From: a virus
Taxonomy: Duplodnaviria; Caudoviricetes
Reading direction: 5' to 3' (one strand)
IMG/VR virus record: IMGVR_UViG_3300048598_000451
Location: 1 to 57,408 of that record
DNA length: 57,408 nucleotides
Shown here: piece after piece, positions 1 to 10,448 of the stretch
How the letters are laid out: each line of letters begins with the position of its first letter
Numbering within the stretch: position 1 is the first letter of the stretch
Position numbers and translations under genes: made by a program
The notes under the pieces: model-generated
Database searches by the model: none
The model's input: the letters and a program-made list of their open reading frames with translations, nothing else
What the model was told of the DNA's origin: nothing

Positions 1-163
1 GAAACAGAAACAGGTGGCCACTCAAGGGGTCCTGCCCGATGACGGCTTTCACGCGTTCGGCCAGCCGGTCGAAACCGCAGCGCATGTCAGCCGCCTCGGC
101 GGCGAGCCAGATGCGCGTGCTTTGTTCACGGTCGAGCGCGCGCAAACTCGGCAGCCCAGTCAA
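1..163 (-). CDS. tnpB: IS66 accessory protein TnpB (5' part, truncated by the window edge)
   Basis: TTG start overlaps the tnpA stop (TTGA). Translation MTGLPSLRALDREQSTRIWLAAEAADMRCGFDRLAERVKAVIGQDPLSGHLFLF carries the IS66 TnpB DMRxGFDxL and GHLFLF motifs. Confidence 0.85.
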   Translation of the reverse strand, partial: MTGLPSLRALDREQSTRIWLAAEAADMRCGFDRLAERVKAVIGQDPLSGHLFLF

Positions 164-489
164 ACGCGAGGCTCCAGCACAGCCAAAAGAGCGCGGAGAT
201 GAGCAGGATCAAAGCCGGGCTCAACCAGTAGGCTTCGGCCGGCGGCCAGCCGAAGCTCAATCGCCGGACCGCGCGTGGCCTCCGGTTGAGGCGCCCTCTC
301 GGAGCTCTTCAACTGGACCTCGACAAAAGGATGAGGCCCCGCCAGGATCAAGCGCTTCCTCCAGGCGAAGAAGTGTGTTGGCGAAAGGCCACGTGCCCTG
401 CAGAATGCGGCCACACTCTGACTGCTCCGCTCTTGCTCCGCGATCAACTCCCGCCACTTTGCCCAAATCTCAGGTCCACGCATGCGCAT
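160..489 (-). CDS. tnpA: IS66 accessory protein TnpA (HTH)
   Basis: WRELIAEQERSSQSVAAFCRARGLSPTHFFAWRKRL HTH and C-terminal IELRL...VEPGFDPAHLRALLAVL, typical of IS66 TnpA. Confidence 0.85.
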   Translation of the reverse strand: MRMRGPEIWAKWRELIAEQERSSQSVAAFCRARGLSPTHFFAWRKRLILAGPHPFVEVQLKSSERAPQPEATRGPAIELRLAAGRSLLVEPGFDPAHLRALLAVLEPRV

Positions 490-522
490 GACTCCACAGT
501 GGGGCAGACGGGCGACGCATTC

Positions 523-547
523 AAGATGGGGTTGGTGGAGCGCTCAC
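523..547 (-). repeat. IS66 left terminal inverted repeat
   Basis: IS66-like terminal sequence upstream of tnpA. The partner repeat is outside the window. Confidence 0.7.
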
Positions 548-670
548 GAGAAGCTCATCCGGACTCTGGTCACCAAGGTGGGCTACGACGGCCGCACCGG
601 CAAGGTGACTATCGGGTTCCGGCACGCCCAAGGTAAAGATCTATGCCACGCAAACACGAACAACCAGTGA
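548..670 (+). pseudogene. C-terminal ~40 codons of a probable large serine recombinase (integrase), cut off by IS66
   Basis: Frame starts exactly at the IS boundary: EKLIRTLVTKVGYDGRTGKVTIGFR, resembling the LLV.RV.YD....V.I.F tail of large serine recombinases. The stop overlaps the next start (GTGA). Confidence 0.6.
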
Positions 671-1080
671 CTACCTGCACGCTGCTGGAGGCGGACATGG
701 ACCTCCAGGTTGAGACCGTCCTGCCCCGTCCCACTCGCGGGGGACGTCAAGTGGCCGCCCCCAGACCTCGCGCCGTACGGGTGGCACCTCGCCTGCCCCG
801 AATCACGCGACTGATGGCGCTTGCGATCAAGTTCCAAGATATGGTCGACCGCGGCGAGGTCCGCGACTACGCCGATCTCGCCCACCTGGGCCACGTCACG
901 CGGGCAAGATTGACACAGATCATGAACCTGCTGCTCCTCGCGCCGGACATCCAGGAGGAGATCATGGGGATGGGGCGGGCGGCCATGGAATCAACCCACG
1001 CCGAAAGACATGTTAGGGCAATCGTCAAGTTGGTTCTGTGGGACGAACAAAGGCGAGCCTGGGTCGCGACGTCCCCCTAA
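667..1080 (+). CDS. Small HTH-like protein of the kind found next to serine recombinases
   Basis: RLMALAIKFQDMVDRGEVRDYADLAHLGHVTRARLTQIMNLLLLAPDIQEEI. The GTG at 667 is coupled to the upstream stop; an alternative ATG lies at 643. Confidence 0.7.
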   Translation: MTTCTLLEADMDLQVETVLPRPTRGGRQVAAPRPRAVRVAPRLPRITRLMALAIKFQDMVDRGEVRDYADLAHLGHVTRARLTQIMNLLLLAPDIQEEIMGMGRAAMESTHAERHVRAIVKLVLWDEQRRAWVATSP

Positions 1081-4000
1081 GCTGGGCAAACGACCTTTTC
1101 CAGAAGTCTGCGGATGTACGTGTCCGGGTCGTCTTTCTGGAACAATACGTTGCACGCGTCGAATTCCTCTTTGGTCATGCCGTCAGACCACCACTTCACC
1201 TGTACGTGAGGCGTGTTCGCCACGATGAACGACGCGAGGGTCACCAGTGGGTCGCCGAAGCGGACCTCCAGTTCCTTGATGGTCTTATGGAACGCGATCT
1301 TAGGGTCACTGCGGCCCTCCAGATTGCGTATGCCCTTGGGGTCTACGAACGTGATGTATTGGCGCTTGCCGACGAGCAGCCAAAGAATGAAGTCTGGGTG
1401 GAAGTTCCCGGCCTCAAAGAAGCCCACGCCGCGCCCGCGGCTGAGATTCCGAAGTAGGTACATCTCGCGCTCCGCGAAGAAGAGCTTGTTGGCATCGTAG
1501 AAACTACGCAGATCCTGGACGAAGTCCTTTTCCCCTTCATTCAGTTCGACTGGGCTGATTTCAATCGCGCTGCTCGTGCAGTGCAAAAGCGGGTAGTAGA
1601 GATGCTGTCCGAACCCGATCGCATGCAGGCTCTGGAAATTCCAATCCTGGATTGTCCTGGCCTCGATCAGGGTCTTGAGTTCGCCTAACTTCTCCGCGAT
1701 GTCCGCCGCCGACTCCTCGATCAAGAGGCGGTATTCGGGAATGAAGTTGGGATCGTCCTCCGCAAGTTCGCGCAGCTCCAGGAACTGCTGTTCGTAGGCG
1801 CTTTTCGCGTTCTTGTAGTACCGGTCGGCGTATTTTTTGAGCAGCGCCGTGGCGATCTCCTGCCACTCGCGGACTTGGTCGAAGCTCCGAAACTCCATCT
1901 CTTCCGGCGGGATATAGAGCGTATACCAGTCGTGGCGGCCGAGCAGTTGCTCGATGCCTTGCTTGGAAAGATTCAGGTTGAACCAAGCACGCTCGGCCTT
2001 GAAACGCTGCAGCTCGAAGTACACTTCGTCCAGATCAAGGAATGGAAGGTGACGATCCGGCCGGAGGTGGTTCTCTTCACGGATCGAGACTTCCTCGGTG
2101 CCAGATCCACGGACACTCGCCATCGCCTGGAGCCGGGGGTACCAATCGAGAACAACCCTCGACTTGAGGAGTTTCTCCGGAGGGGGCCCCAGTTCGGGCT
2201 TTGGACCATTGCGCTTAAAGTCGATTCCCTCCCTCAGTTTCACCGTCTTGAGCTTCCTGCCATTCAGGTTGCGCACGACTGGCAGGATGAACTGGGTCCG
2301 CTGCTCGTTGGCCGGGAGCCCTTCCTCCTCCAGGTATTCTTTGAACTGCTTCATGTAATCGGCGTGCACACCAATGACGTTCAGCGTCTCCAGAATGCCC
2401 ACATGCTCCGGCGCTTTCACGTCGCTGAGCCTGGTGCTCCGCTTCAGACAAAACTCGTATCCCTTCAGGCGAACGCCCCGCCCGAAGAGTTGGATGATTT
2501 GGGAGCCCTCACTCTTGCCGATGTTCATCAAGCCCATCGTGCTGACGCGCCAGCTGCTCCACCCTTCGCTGAATTTCCGGGAACCGATCAGGAGGTTGAC
2601 CGGGCTATCGCCGCCATTGAGGTCCGCAAAGAGCGATTTTGAGAAATCCTTGTCTTGTGTCGGCAGACCCTGCTCCTGGCAGAGCTTCAGGAGCTTTGTT
2701 TCGTCACCGACATTGATCACGCCGAAGTATTCGTTCTCGCCAACTCGGATGCCCAGTTCGCCCTCGGCGCCCTTGAGATTATCGACATGCAGCGCGGCCT
2801 CGCTGTCCGAGTTGAACAGCGTCTGAAGTATCCCGTCATAGTGGGCGGCCGGCGTCGCGTGCTGCTTGATCAGGTAGCCGAAGGCGCCAGCGAAAATCGG
2901 TCGCCCTCTCTCATCGTTCAGGCCTGGGTCGCCGTTGAGCAGCCGATCAATCAAGGCGACGCTCTCCTGACGTTCGCGGACGAACCGGTCGAAGAACAAC
3001 AGCACGTCCAAAACGTCCGAGACGGCGCGCTTATTCTCTGTGCGCACGGCGTTCACGCTTCCGCCGACGAAGATCCACAACGGTTTCTCGATCAGAAATG
3101 GAGCAAAGATCGTCTTTCGGTCAGCATACAGTCGTTGTTGCTGATAAAAGGCCAGTAGGCCAGCCGTCAAGTAAACTCGCCGCTGCTCCTCGTTTTGCTC
3201 CTCGGAAAGGTTTCGAATGTGGTAGTCCTTTCCATAACCGTCTTCGTAGAAGTACTTGTAGGAATAATCAACGAGGATGCACTTGGCGTACTCCTGAGTC
3301 AGGGCCGGCTTGTTTGCAGCCTTCATCGCCTGGCCGAACGTGGCTGAGTACTCGAAAGAAAAACCGCTTTCACTGAGGCGGTTCCGCATCCCCATCCACT
3401 CTTCGCCGCCCGCGCCGCGATGGCCTTCGTCAACGAGAACCAGGTTGTCACCCTCAAAGGCATCAATGGCTACCGTCTTGGCCCCCATCTCCTCCTTGAG
3501 TTTGGTGACCTCGATGATCTCAACGCTGTGGCCGGTAAAGAGTCCCCGACCATCCTTGTCAAAGATCTCCGCCGGCATGCCTGAAGCTTCAAACTCCTGA
3601 AGGTGCTGGCGGCTGAGCCCTTCGTTCGGAGTTAGGAGGATCGTTCGATTGAGTTCGCCTGCGCGCCCGTTCTGCTCCAGATAGTGACGGTACTGGAGGA
3701 TATTGACGTGCATGAGGAGGGTCTTGCCCGAGCCAGTCGCATTCCAGAAGGCGAGTTTACGCAGATCTTCGGGCGCATATTCACCGACACGGTCACCCTG
3801 TGGCTTGTCCTCGTTGAATGCCTCAATCTGAGCGTTCAGGTCCGCGAGTAGCCGATCCGGGTCGCGGAACCAGCGGTCCAGGTAAATCTCGGTAAACAGA
3901 AGTGTCAGGTACTGAAAATACTTGAACCTCAGAAGCCTCTTTTCCTCGGCGTTCCGGCGATCAGTGATCCGCCTCCAATGTCGGACGATGTTCTGGTCGT

Positions 4001-4262
4001 ACGCGAGGAGAAGGTCATGCGGCAACTCCTTCCGCTCAAACAACCGCAATCTGAGCGCCTGGTGGAAGTTGGAGACGTTGTTCTCATCCAGGCCTTCCAG
4101 ATGAGCGCCCTTGAGTTCCGCGGCTAGTTCCTCGAAGCGAGTAACTCCGAAGAGGCCCAGCATCCATTGGTTCAGGACCAGCCGCTGGTGAAACTTCAGC
4201 GGTTTCGCTGCGGCGGCGGCCGCGCGGCGGCGGGTAGACGTGGAGGTTGTCGTTCTGGGCAT
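1077..4262 (-). CDS. res: Type III restriction enzyme Res subunit (SF2 helicase plus PD-(D/E)XK nuclease)
   Basis: Walker A NATGSGKT, Walker B LVDEGH, SAT motif, QLFGRGVRL and C-terminal FHPDFILW...VDPKG. Lies 8 nt downstream of mod. Confidence 0.9.
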   Translation of the reverse strand: MPRTTTSTSTRRRAAAAAAKPLKFHQRLVLNQWMLGLFGVTRFEELAAELKGAHLEGLDENNVSNFHQALRLRLFERKELPHDLLLAYDQNIVRHWRRITDRRNAEEKRLLRFKYFQYLTLLFTEIYLDRWFRDPDRLLADLNAQIEAFNEDKPQGDRVGEYAPEDLRKLAFWNATGSGKTLLMHVNILQYRHYLEQNGRAGELNRTILLTPNEGLSRQHLQEFEASGMPAEIFDKDGRGLFTGHSVEIIEVTKLKEEMGAKTVAIDAFEGDNLVLVDEGHRGAGGEEWMGMRNRLSESGFSFEYSATFGQAMKAANKPALTQEYAKCILVDYSYKYFYEDGYGKDYHIRNLSEEQNEEQRRVYLTAGLLAFYQQQRLYADRKTIFAPFLIEKPLWIFVGGSVNAVRTENKRAVSDVLDVLLFFDRFVRERQESVALIDRLLNGDPGLNDERGRPIFAGAFGYLIKQHATPAAHYDGILQTLFNSDSEAALHVDNLKGAEGELGIRVGENEYFGVINVGDETKLLKLCQEQGLPTQDKDFSKSLFADLNGGDSPVNLLIGSRKFSEGWSSWRVSTMGLMNIGKSEGSQIIQLFGRGVRLKGYEFCLKRSTRLSDVKAPEHVGILETLNVIGVHADYMKQFKEYLEEEGLPANEQRTQFILPVVRNLNGRKLKTVKLREGIDFKRNGPKPELGPPPEKLLKSRVVLDWYPRLQAMASVRGSGTEEVSIREENHLRPDRHLPFLDLDEVYFELQRFKAERAWFNLNLSKQGIEQLLGRHDWYTLYIPPEEMEFRSFDQVREWQEIATALLKKYADRYYKNAKSAYEQQFLELRELAEDDPNFIPEYRLLIEESAADIAEKLGELKTLIEARTIQDWNFQSLHAIGFGQHLYYPLLHCTSSAIEISPVELNEGEKDFVQDLRSFYDANKLFFAEREMYLLRNLSRGRGVGFFEAGNFHPDFILWLLVGKRQYITFVDPKGIRNLEGRSDPKIAFHKTIKELEVRFGDPLVTLASFIVANTPHVQVKWWSDGMTKEEFDACNVLFQKDDPDTYIRRLLEKVVCPA

Positions 4263-4270
4263 GCAGTTCC

Positions 4271-7200
4271 TTAAACGTCCTGCACGTCAAACATCAGGCG
4301 CGCGAACTCTTCCTCGATGAGGCGAACCTTCCACGTGTCTTCGTCCCTCTTGAGGTTCTCCAGGTTGTTATCCCCATTCACGTAGATGAGGTCGAACTCC
4401 ATGTCCTTCGTGTTGTAACCTTGCTTCTGGAAGAACTCATCAAGCTTGGCGTTTGGATTCTCCTCGACGTTGCGCCAGATCACCAGGACTTTGTCGCCGC
4501 CCTGACCGGTGCCATGGAGGACGCGGAAACCGCGAATCGTGTCGATATGCTTCACACGCAGCCCAAGCAGGTAGTTGAACGTTTCTATAAGATCTACGTT
4601 CGTCCGCTTAGTCTCGCCAACCGTGTTGGTGGCGATGCTGAGAGCGTACTTGAATGGGTCTGTGAACGCCCGAACATTTAGGAGTGACTGGCTGCCCTTA
4701 CTTTCCACGTCAAGCATGTAGCGGAGGGTGTAGTCCTCGCGGACGTCACTACTTGCATCCAACAGTGACTGCTGAGGCTGCGAGCGGCTCAAGACCAAGT
4801 TGTTCAATGCGTCTTCATAGGACTCCAGCCGAAGTATCTTGATGATGCGGGGGCTGCGACCAGCTTCTTCCGCGTTCGCAGGCCGTACTGGCTTGCCTTC
4901 ACTCCACTCAGACGCGAAGACCACTTTCTTGATTCGAGGTACGATCACGGTCTCAAAATGCTCTCCCCCCTCAATCAAGATAAACCTTCGCTGACCTCCG
5001 TCTTCTCGGTTCAGGTTAATGACGGCATGACCTGTCGTACCGGAACCAGCAAAATAGTCCAAGATCACAGACTCAGCGTCAGCGTTGGCGGCTCGTAAGC
5101 AGTCGGCGACCAGATTCACTGCTTTTGGAAAGTCGAAGGGCTTGTCCCCGAACAAGCTCTTCAGCTGCAGTGCACCGTAGTTGGCAGAAGCGTAGTCGTT
5201 GTTGTCCCACCATGTGGATGGCGCCGACTCCTCATCGATTCGCGTTTTAAAGTCGATGCTGACATTCCCCTCCGCGTCCCTGCGAGCACGGTATTCTTCC
5301 GGCTCGGAGATGACTCTGTCATATCCCCGATGCCACCGTTTTTCAACCTCGCCGTTCTCGCCCTTGCTGATTGGGAAGACCGCTACTTCATTCGGTTTGA
5401 GGGCTTCTAGTATTTCGTATTCCCCCCGATCGTCGGACCACTCTAGCCTTGGAACGCGAAGTGAGTTGTCGTCGGCCACATAGATCGGATAGTAGAGCTT
5501 CGGACGATCAGATCGCTTGTCGCCCGTCCCAGTTCTAATGAAGCTCATCCACGAATAGCGGCCCTTCTCGTCCTGCTTGGGATATCGAGCCATCCGCTTT
5601 TCGGTCAGTTCCAGGCTTCCGGGTTTCGAACCGGCTGTTGTGCCATAAAACAGCGCGTACTCGTGCGTCGGCGAAAACGTGCCTTTGGCCTTCCGGCTCT
5701 GGGGATTGGATCTGACGACAGCAATGCCTATCTGCTTAGGAAAGATCTGACTGATCACCTGTCGGGCTTCAGAGACCTCCTCGTCGTCAATCGCAACGCA
5801 AAGCACACCAACGTCCGTAAGGAGATGCGATGCTGGGACGAGCCGGTTCTCCATGAGGCTCATCCACGACGAATGTTTGTAGTCGTTCTTGTACAGGATT
5901 GCCGATGCATTCGTGTTGTAGGGTGGATCAATGTACACAACGTCGATCTGGGAGCGATAACTCGCTTGAAGATGGCGAAGGCCTTGAAAGTTCTCGCTGT
6001 GGACGAGCAGGCCGTCGATGTCTTCGGTCAGATTCGCGAATCTTCCGAGAAGACGCGCGGTGAACTCCGGCGAGAAATAACGGGTGTCCAGGACCAACGT
6101 CGGATGCGCGGTTAGAAAGGCGGGTGACAGCGGGGCGCTATAACCGGGCTGGGTCAAGTCAGCCTTGATCTGATCAATTGCATAAAGGGTGACCCACTCC
6201 TCTCGCTGGGCATCATTCGTCGCGATCTCGGCGTAAAACTCCTCGGGTATCACACCGAGTCTGATGCAATATCGCGTCTCAACCACGAACTTCGTCTTCA
6301 GCCAGAGTTTCTTTTGAAAGTTCTCCAACTGAGCAACAAAGTCGATGATCTTGTGAGCAATACGACGCAGCACCTTGATGCCAGAGAGGTACTGCTCAAC
6401 TCGCGGCACCGAAGCGCTCTCAATGTCGTCGAGATGCATGACCTCGTTTTTAATGAAGAAGTCGAGCTCGCGGCGAAGGAAGGTGCCTGCATCCTTATGG
6501 ATGAAGTAGTCGAAGGTATTTCGGGCAGTGTAATCCTTCAGGTGCTTTACAAGAACTGTGCGGTTTGGATCTGCCTCGGAGGGACTTAGAGCGGCTAACG
6601 CGAACAGCCAAGCAGAAGCTGCGGGGGCTTCGAGAATGGTCTTCGTCGCTTCTGCATTCAGGGCATCTTGCCGACGCTTCTCGGTATCCGGTCGAAGCTC
6701 GAACCGGATCACCAACTCACCATTCTCTTCCGTGATCGCGTCTTCGCCGGCTAGGATGAACCGCCGGTCATTTCCATTGGTGGACTTGTTATTGTCCTTG
6801 TCGATGTCGGCGGCTGCCAGCCGAAAGTGGACTCGCCTTCCATCCGCGAGCCTGAACGTGTAGTCGCGCAGGTACTCACTGCTTTTGATGTAGTACTGAT
6901 CGTGGTTTGCCCAGTAGAGCTTGACCTCTTCGCCTTCGTAAGGTATGGCGTAGACGCCTTCCTTGTATCGCCGAAGAGACAGGAAATCCCCCTCGTTGTA
7001 GTACCGGCGGAAGAAGTTGAACAGATCAGAGAAGACCTGGTTCTCGAGGGCGGATACGTCGATGGCGGTCGACAGTTTCTCGCGAAACTCCTTCACCTTC
7101 GGCGACAACTCGGGATCGACGCCCGCGTCCTTCAACTGCTGGATGACCTTGTCGAGCTCAGCTCTGATGTGGGCCGCATCGCTCGACTTGTACTGTAGGA

Positions 7201-7360
7201 ACGCCTCCTTGATTTGCGGGAGGAGATCGTTGTCCAGAAAGCGCTCGATCTCCGAGCGCTTCGAATTCATGATCCGGTAGATGCCGAAGTCGAGATCGGC
7301 GCTGTCAAGCTGGAACAGTTCCCGGAGTAAGGTCTTTAGTTTCGTTTGGCTGTCGGCCAT
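4271..7360 (-). CDS. mod: Type III R-M Mod subunit (beta-class m6A DNA methyltransferase)
   Basis: IDPPYN (motif IV) precedes DYFAGSGTT (motif I). N-terminal [10 protein letters not shown] and [11 protein letters not shown]. Start placed at the ATG of MADSQ. Confidence 0.9.
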   Translation of the reverse strand: MADSQTKLKTLLRELFQLDSADLDFGIYRIMNSKRSEIERFLDNDLLPQIKEAFLQYKSSDAAHIRAELDKVIQQLKDAGVDPELSPKVKEFREKLSTAIDVSALENQVFSDLFNFFRRYYNEGDFLSLRRYKEGVYAIPYEGEEVKLYWANHDQYYIKSSEYLRDYTFRLADGRRVHFRLAAADIDKDNNKSTNGNDRRFILAGEDAITEENGELVIRFELRPDTEKRRQDALNAEATKTILEAPAASAWLFALAALSPSEADPNRTVLVKHLKDYTARNTFDYFIHKDAGTFLRRELDFFIKNEVMHLDDIESASVPRVEQYLSGIKVLRRIAHKIIDFVAQLENFQKKLWLKTKFVVETRYCIRLGVIPEEFYAEIATNDAQREEWVTLYAIDQIKADLTQPGYSAPLSPAFLTAHPTLVLDTRYFSPEFTARLLGRFANLTEDIDGLLVHSENFQGLRHLQASYRSQIDVVYIDPPYNTNASAILYKNDYKHSSWMSLMENRLVPASHLLTDVGVLCVAIDDEEVSEARQVISQIFPKQIGIAVVRSNPQSRKAKGTFSPTHEYALFYGTTAGSKPGSLELTEKRMARYPKQDEKGRYSWMSFIRTGTGDKRSDRPKLYYPIYVADDNSLRVPRLEWSDDRGEYEILEALKPNEVAVFPISKGENGEVEKRWHRGYDRVISEPEEYRARRDAEGNVSIDFKTRIDEESAPSTWWDNNDYASANYGALQLKSLFGDKPFDFPKAVNLVADCLRAANADAESVILDYFAGSGTTGHAVINLNREDGGQRRFILIEGGEHFETVIVPRIKKVVFASEWSEGKPVRPANAEEAGRSPRIIKILRLESYEDALNNLVLSRSQPQQSLLDASSDVREDYTLRYMLDVESKGSQSLLNVRAFTDPFKYALSIATNTVGETKRTNVDLIETFNYLLGLRVKHIDTIRGFRVLHGTGQGGDKVLVIWRNVEENPNAKLDEFFQKQGYNTKDMEFDLIYVNGDNNLENLKRDEDTWKVRLIEEEFARLMFDVQDV

Positions 7361-7380
7361 GTTCACATTCCCAAATGAGG

Positions 7381-10266
7381 CTACTCCACCTTCCAACGGA
7401 TGGTGAAGATTGTCTCGCGCTGCGTCTTCTGCGTCATGCGCGTTTCCAACTTCGTGATCAGCCGGTCGCGCTTGTCCTTGACCTCGTCCTCGAGGTCGAA
7501 AATCCGCTGGCGTTGCCGCCGCTGTTCCTTCTCTGCCTCGCGGATTTCATTTTGAACACGGAGATGCTCCTCCGTCGTGGTCGTGAGGCGGGCCGCGCGG
7601 TTCAATGCCTTGATTCGCGCTTTGGTGTCGGCCAATTCGCGCTCCACGGCGATGATCTGGTCATCCGCCCATTTCTCCAGGCGCTCTCGCTCCTCCTGGA
7701 AGTGCCTGTTGTTCGTTTCAAGAGATCGGCTGATCGTCGCCGCGGTGTGGCGTTCGGCCTCCCGGCTGAGCTGCGGCGGGACGTCGGCGGTGGCCGCGTC
7801 GGGAAAGACAACGGCGTCACAATGGAACAGCTTCTCGCAGGTCTCCTGATCGAGCGGCCGACCGTCATCGGTCAATCCGCTGAACAGGAGGTACTCTTCG
7901 CGATCGAACGAATCAATGGCGAGGCGATTGAGCACAAGGATGCCGGACTTGCCCTTGAGGTTCTCGACGACCCGTATTCGCACGGGATGGCCGGTAATCT
8001 GGAATTTCAGGGTGGCTTCTGGCGTCGCGCAACTCTTTGCGGCGTCGATGGCATGTTCACCGAGAGGGTGCGAGATTCGGTAGAGAAACTCTCCGTCGAC
8101 GTTCTGGTGCGTCTTCGAGATCAGATGGTAGCGGCCCGGTTTCACGTCCGGTCGCGGCGTATGGCGTAACTCGAACGCCAAGGTCGCGTCGTCGAAGGTG
8201 GCAAGGTCGCGAAGGATGAACTTCGACAGTTGCCAGAACATGCGGCCGACCCAATCGAGGCGCTGGCGGGTTTCATCGAGCTGGACGCGGAGGCGGTCGT
8301 GAACATCCTCGTCAAAGTTCTCCAGGAGCTTCCGTCTGGTATCGACGAGACGGCTTTGGATCGCCTCTTCCATTTCGGCCTGCAACTTCAGGAACGCCGC
8401 TTCGATTTGCTCGGGGGTGCGGCAGGTCTGATAGATGGCGAAGACGCGCTTTTCAAAGTCAACGCCGGATTCGAGGGTGCCCAGGATGTCGTCACTGGCG
8501 CCGAAGACGCCGGAAAATAGGTTGAACTTCTCGTTGAGGAGCTGAAAGACGCGCTTGTCGGCTTCATTCCGCTCATTTAGGAAATTGATGACAACGACAT
8601 CATGCTTCTGGCCGTAGCGATGGCAGCGCCCAATCCGCTGCTCGATTCGCTGAGGGTTCCAGGGGAGGTCGTAGTTGATGACGAGCGAGCAGAATTGGAG
8701 GTTGATTCCCTCCGCGGCGGATTCGGTGGCGATGAGAATGTCTGCATGGTCCTGGAAGTGCTCTATCAGGGCCAGACGCTTGTCGGCCAGCTTGGATCCG
8801 CTGAGCCGCCCCAGCGGTGAGTTCACGCGCTCCCATTCCTGGTAGATGCGGTCGACGTCAGGGCCGGTATTCGTACCGTTGAACAGAACGACTCTCCCCG
8901 CGTAGCCGTTGGCTTCCAGAAAGTTGCGCAGGTACTCTTGTGTGCGGCGAGACTCCGTAAAGACAACGGCCTTGCGGAGCGCCCCAATCTTCTCCATCTC
9001 ATCGAACCCGATCTGCAATGCCGTGAGGAGAGCGCGGGTCTTCGCGTCGATTTGTATAGAGCGGGCCCAGTGCACGAAGCGGTCGAGCTCGGCGATTTCG
9101 GAGTCCAGTTTCTTCAGATCGACCGGCGCAGGCGATGGGGGTAGATCGCCGTCCGGACTCTCGCCTCCGTTTGCAGGCTCGTCCAACAGCTCAGAGTTCA
9201 GTTCATCTTCTTCGATCAGCTTCTCTGCCAAACCTTCGCCGTCAGACAAAACCGCATCACTATGGGAGTGCGCCTTGAGGACCAATAGGCGTTGACGGAT
9301 CATTTCGAGGGTGCCTGCCACGGCCTGAGAACTGGAGGACAAGAGCTTGCGCAATATCATCGTCGTCAGTTCTCGCTGGCGATGCGGGATGGAGTAGGTG
9401 TCATCCCTGCGCAGAAAAGCAGAGACTGCTTCGTAGAGTTGCTGTTCGGAATCAGCAGGGGTGAACGGGCGCGTAATCGGCCGGCGCTCCGTGTATTTCA
9501 CGTATTCCAGGACCTGGCTTCGCAGCGTCCGGTAGCAGAAGGAACGAAGACGGTCCTTCAAGCCGTCTAGGTCTCCGTCCTTCGAACAGTATTGCGTTCG
9601 GAAGGCAGCCAGGTCACCGAACAGATGCTCGTCGATCAGGGTCGAGAGGCCGTAGAGTTCGAGCAACGAGTTTTGCAGCGGTGTGGCGGTCAGCAGCAAC
9701 TTTCGGCGGTCCGCGATGGCCGTGCGGATGGCTTGGCCCATCTTGTTGCTCGTGCGGTATGCGCCCCGGAGCTTATGGGCCTCATCGATTACGACGAGGT
9801 CCCACGGTACGAGTTGCACCTCGCCTGCCATGCGGCTGGCGAAGTTCATAGAGACGATAACGACCCCATGTGCGGCAAAGGGCGAAGCGCTCCCGTCACG
9901 GAGTGCATCCCGGTATGATGCCGAATCGAGGATGACGCTGGGCAAGTGGAATTTATCCGAGAGTTCCATGCTCCACTGTTTGCGGAGAGATGCGGGGCAG
10001 ATGACGAGCAACTTCCGGCGACGCTCGGCCCAACACTGGCATAGCACCAGGCCCGCCTCGATGGTCTTGCCGAGGCCGACTTCATCGGCCAGCAGCACGC
10101 CTTTCGAGAGAGGCGACCGGAACGCGAAGAGCGCGGCTTCAATTTGGTATGGGTTCAGATCGACGGCGGCATCGAATAGGGAAACCGACAGCTTCCCCAC
10201 GCCGTCCGTTCCGGACCGGCGGGTCAACTCGTGGCCGAAGTATTTGGCGTGGTAGCTCGTCGACAC
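7381..10266 (-). CDS. SNF2-family (RapA/DrmD-like) helicase with C-terminal coiled coil
   Basis: LADEVGLGKT, IDEAH, LTATP, EGINLQ and NPQRIEQRIGRCHRYGQ. GAGG SD before a GTG start. Confidence 0.9.
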   Translation of the reverse strand: MSTSYHAKYFGHELTRRSGTDGVGKLSVSLFDAAVDLNPYQIEAALFAFRSPLSKGVLLADEVGLGKTIEAGLVLCQCWAERRRKLLVICPASLRKQWSMELSDKFHLPSVILDSASYRDALRDGSASPFAAHGVVIVSMNFASRMAGEVQLVPWDLVVIDEAHKLRGAYRTSNKMGQAIRTAIADRRKLLLTATPLQNSLLELYGLSTLIDEHLFGDLAAFRTQYCSKDGDLDGLKDRLRSFCYRTLRSQVLEYVKYTERRPITRPFTPADSEQQLYEAVSAFLRRDDTYSIPHRQRELTTMILRKLLSSSSQAVAGTLEMIRQRLLVLKAHSHSDAVLSDGEGLAEKLIEEDELNSELLDEPANGGESPDGDLPPSPAPVDLKKLDSEIAELDRFVHWARSIQIDAKTRALLTALQIGFDEMEKIGALRKAVVFTESRRTQEYLRNFLEANGYAGRVVLFNGTNTGPDVDRIYQEWERVNSPLGRLSGSKLADKRLALIEHFQDHADILIATESAAEGINLQFCSLVINYDLPWNPQRIEQRIGRCHRYGQKHDVVVINFLNERNEADKRVFQLLNEKFNLFSGVFGASDDILGTLESGVDFEKRVFAIYQTCRTPEQIEAAFLKLQAEMEEAIQSRLVDTRRKLLENFDEDVHDRLRVQLDETRQRLDWVGRMFWQLSKFILRDLATFDDATLAFELRHTPRPDVKPGRYHLISKTHQNVDGEFLYRISHPLGEHAIDAAKSCATPEATLKFQITGHPVRIRVVENLKGKSGILVLNRLAIDSFDREEYLLFSGLTDDGRPLDQETCEKLFHCDAVVFPDAATADVPPQLSREAERHTAATISRSLETNNRHFQEERERLEKWADDQIIAVERELADTKARIKALNRAARLTTTTEEHLRVQNEIREAEKEQRRQRQRIFDLEDEVKDKRDRLITKLETRMTQKTQRETIFTIRWKVE

Positions 10267-10448
10267 CTATCCTCTTCAGGCCGGCGCGGCCATCGCGACC
10301 GTCCGATCTCCTTTCCCGTAATGACCATTGTCGATCATTGTGGCCAACACCGTCTTCTTGCTCGTTAGGCAGGGATCGTGCACAACTGATCTATAGCCGA
10401 GCCCCCGTTCGCCCGGGTGCCTAGTCCGCCGAGCCATATCCGGAATGC

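Larger units (their letters stand above)
1..547 (-). mobile_element. IS66-family insertion sequence, left end (continues beyond the window start)
   Basis: tnpA and tnpB ORFs on the minus strand. The end reads GTGAGCGCTCCACCAACCCCATCTT from 547 on the minus strand, like IS66 GTAAGCG...TCTT termini. Unrelated coding sequence starts at 548. Confidence 0.85.

Noticed and set aside
1-163. TnpB as an RNA-guided nuclease (IS200/IS605 type)
   Set aside because: This is the unrelated small IS66 accessory TnpB.
4271-7360. Phase-variable mod (phasevarion)
   Set aside because: No simple-sequence repeat tract was seen in or upstream of the gene.
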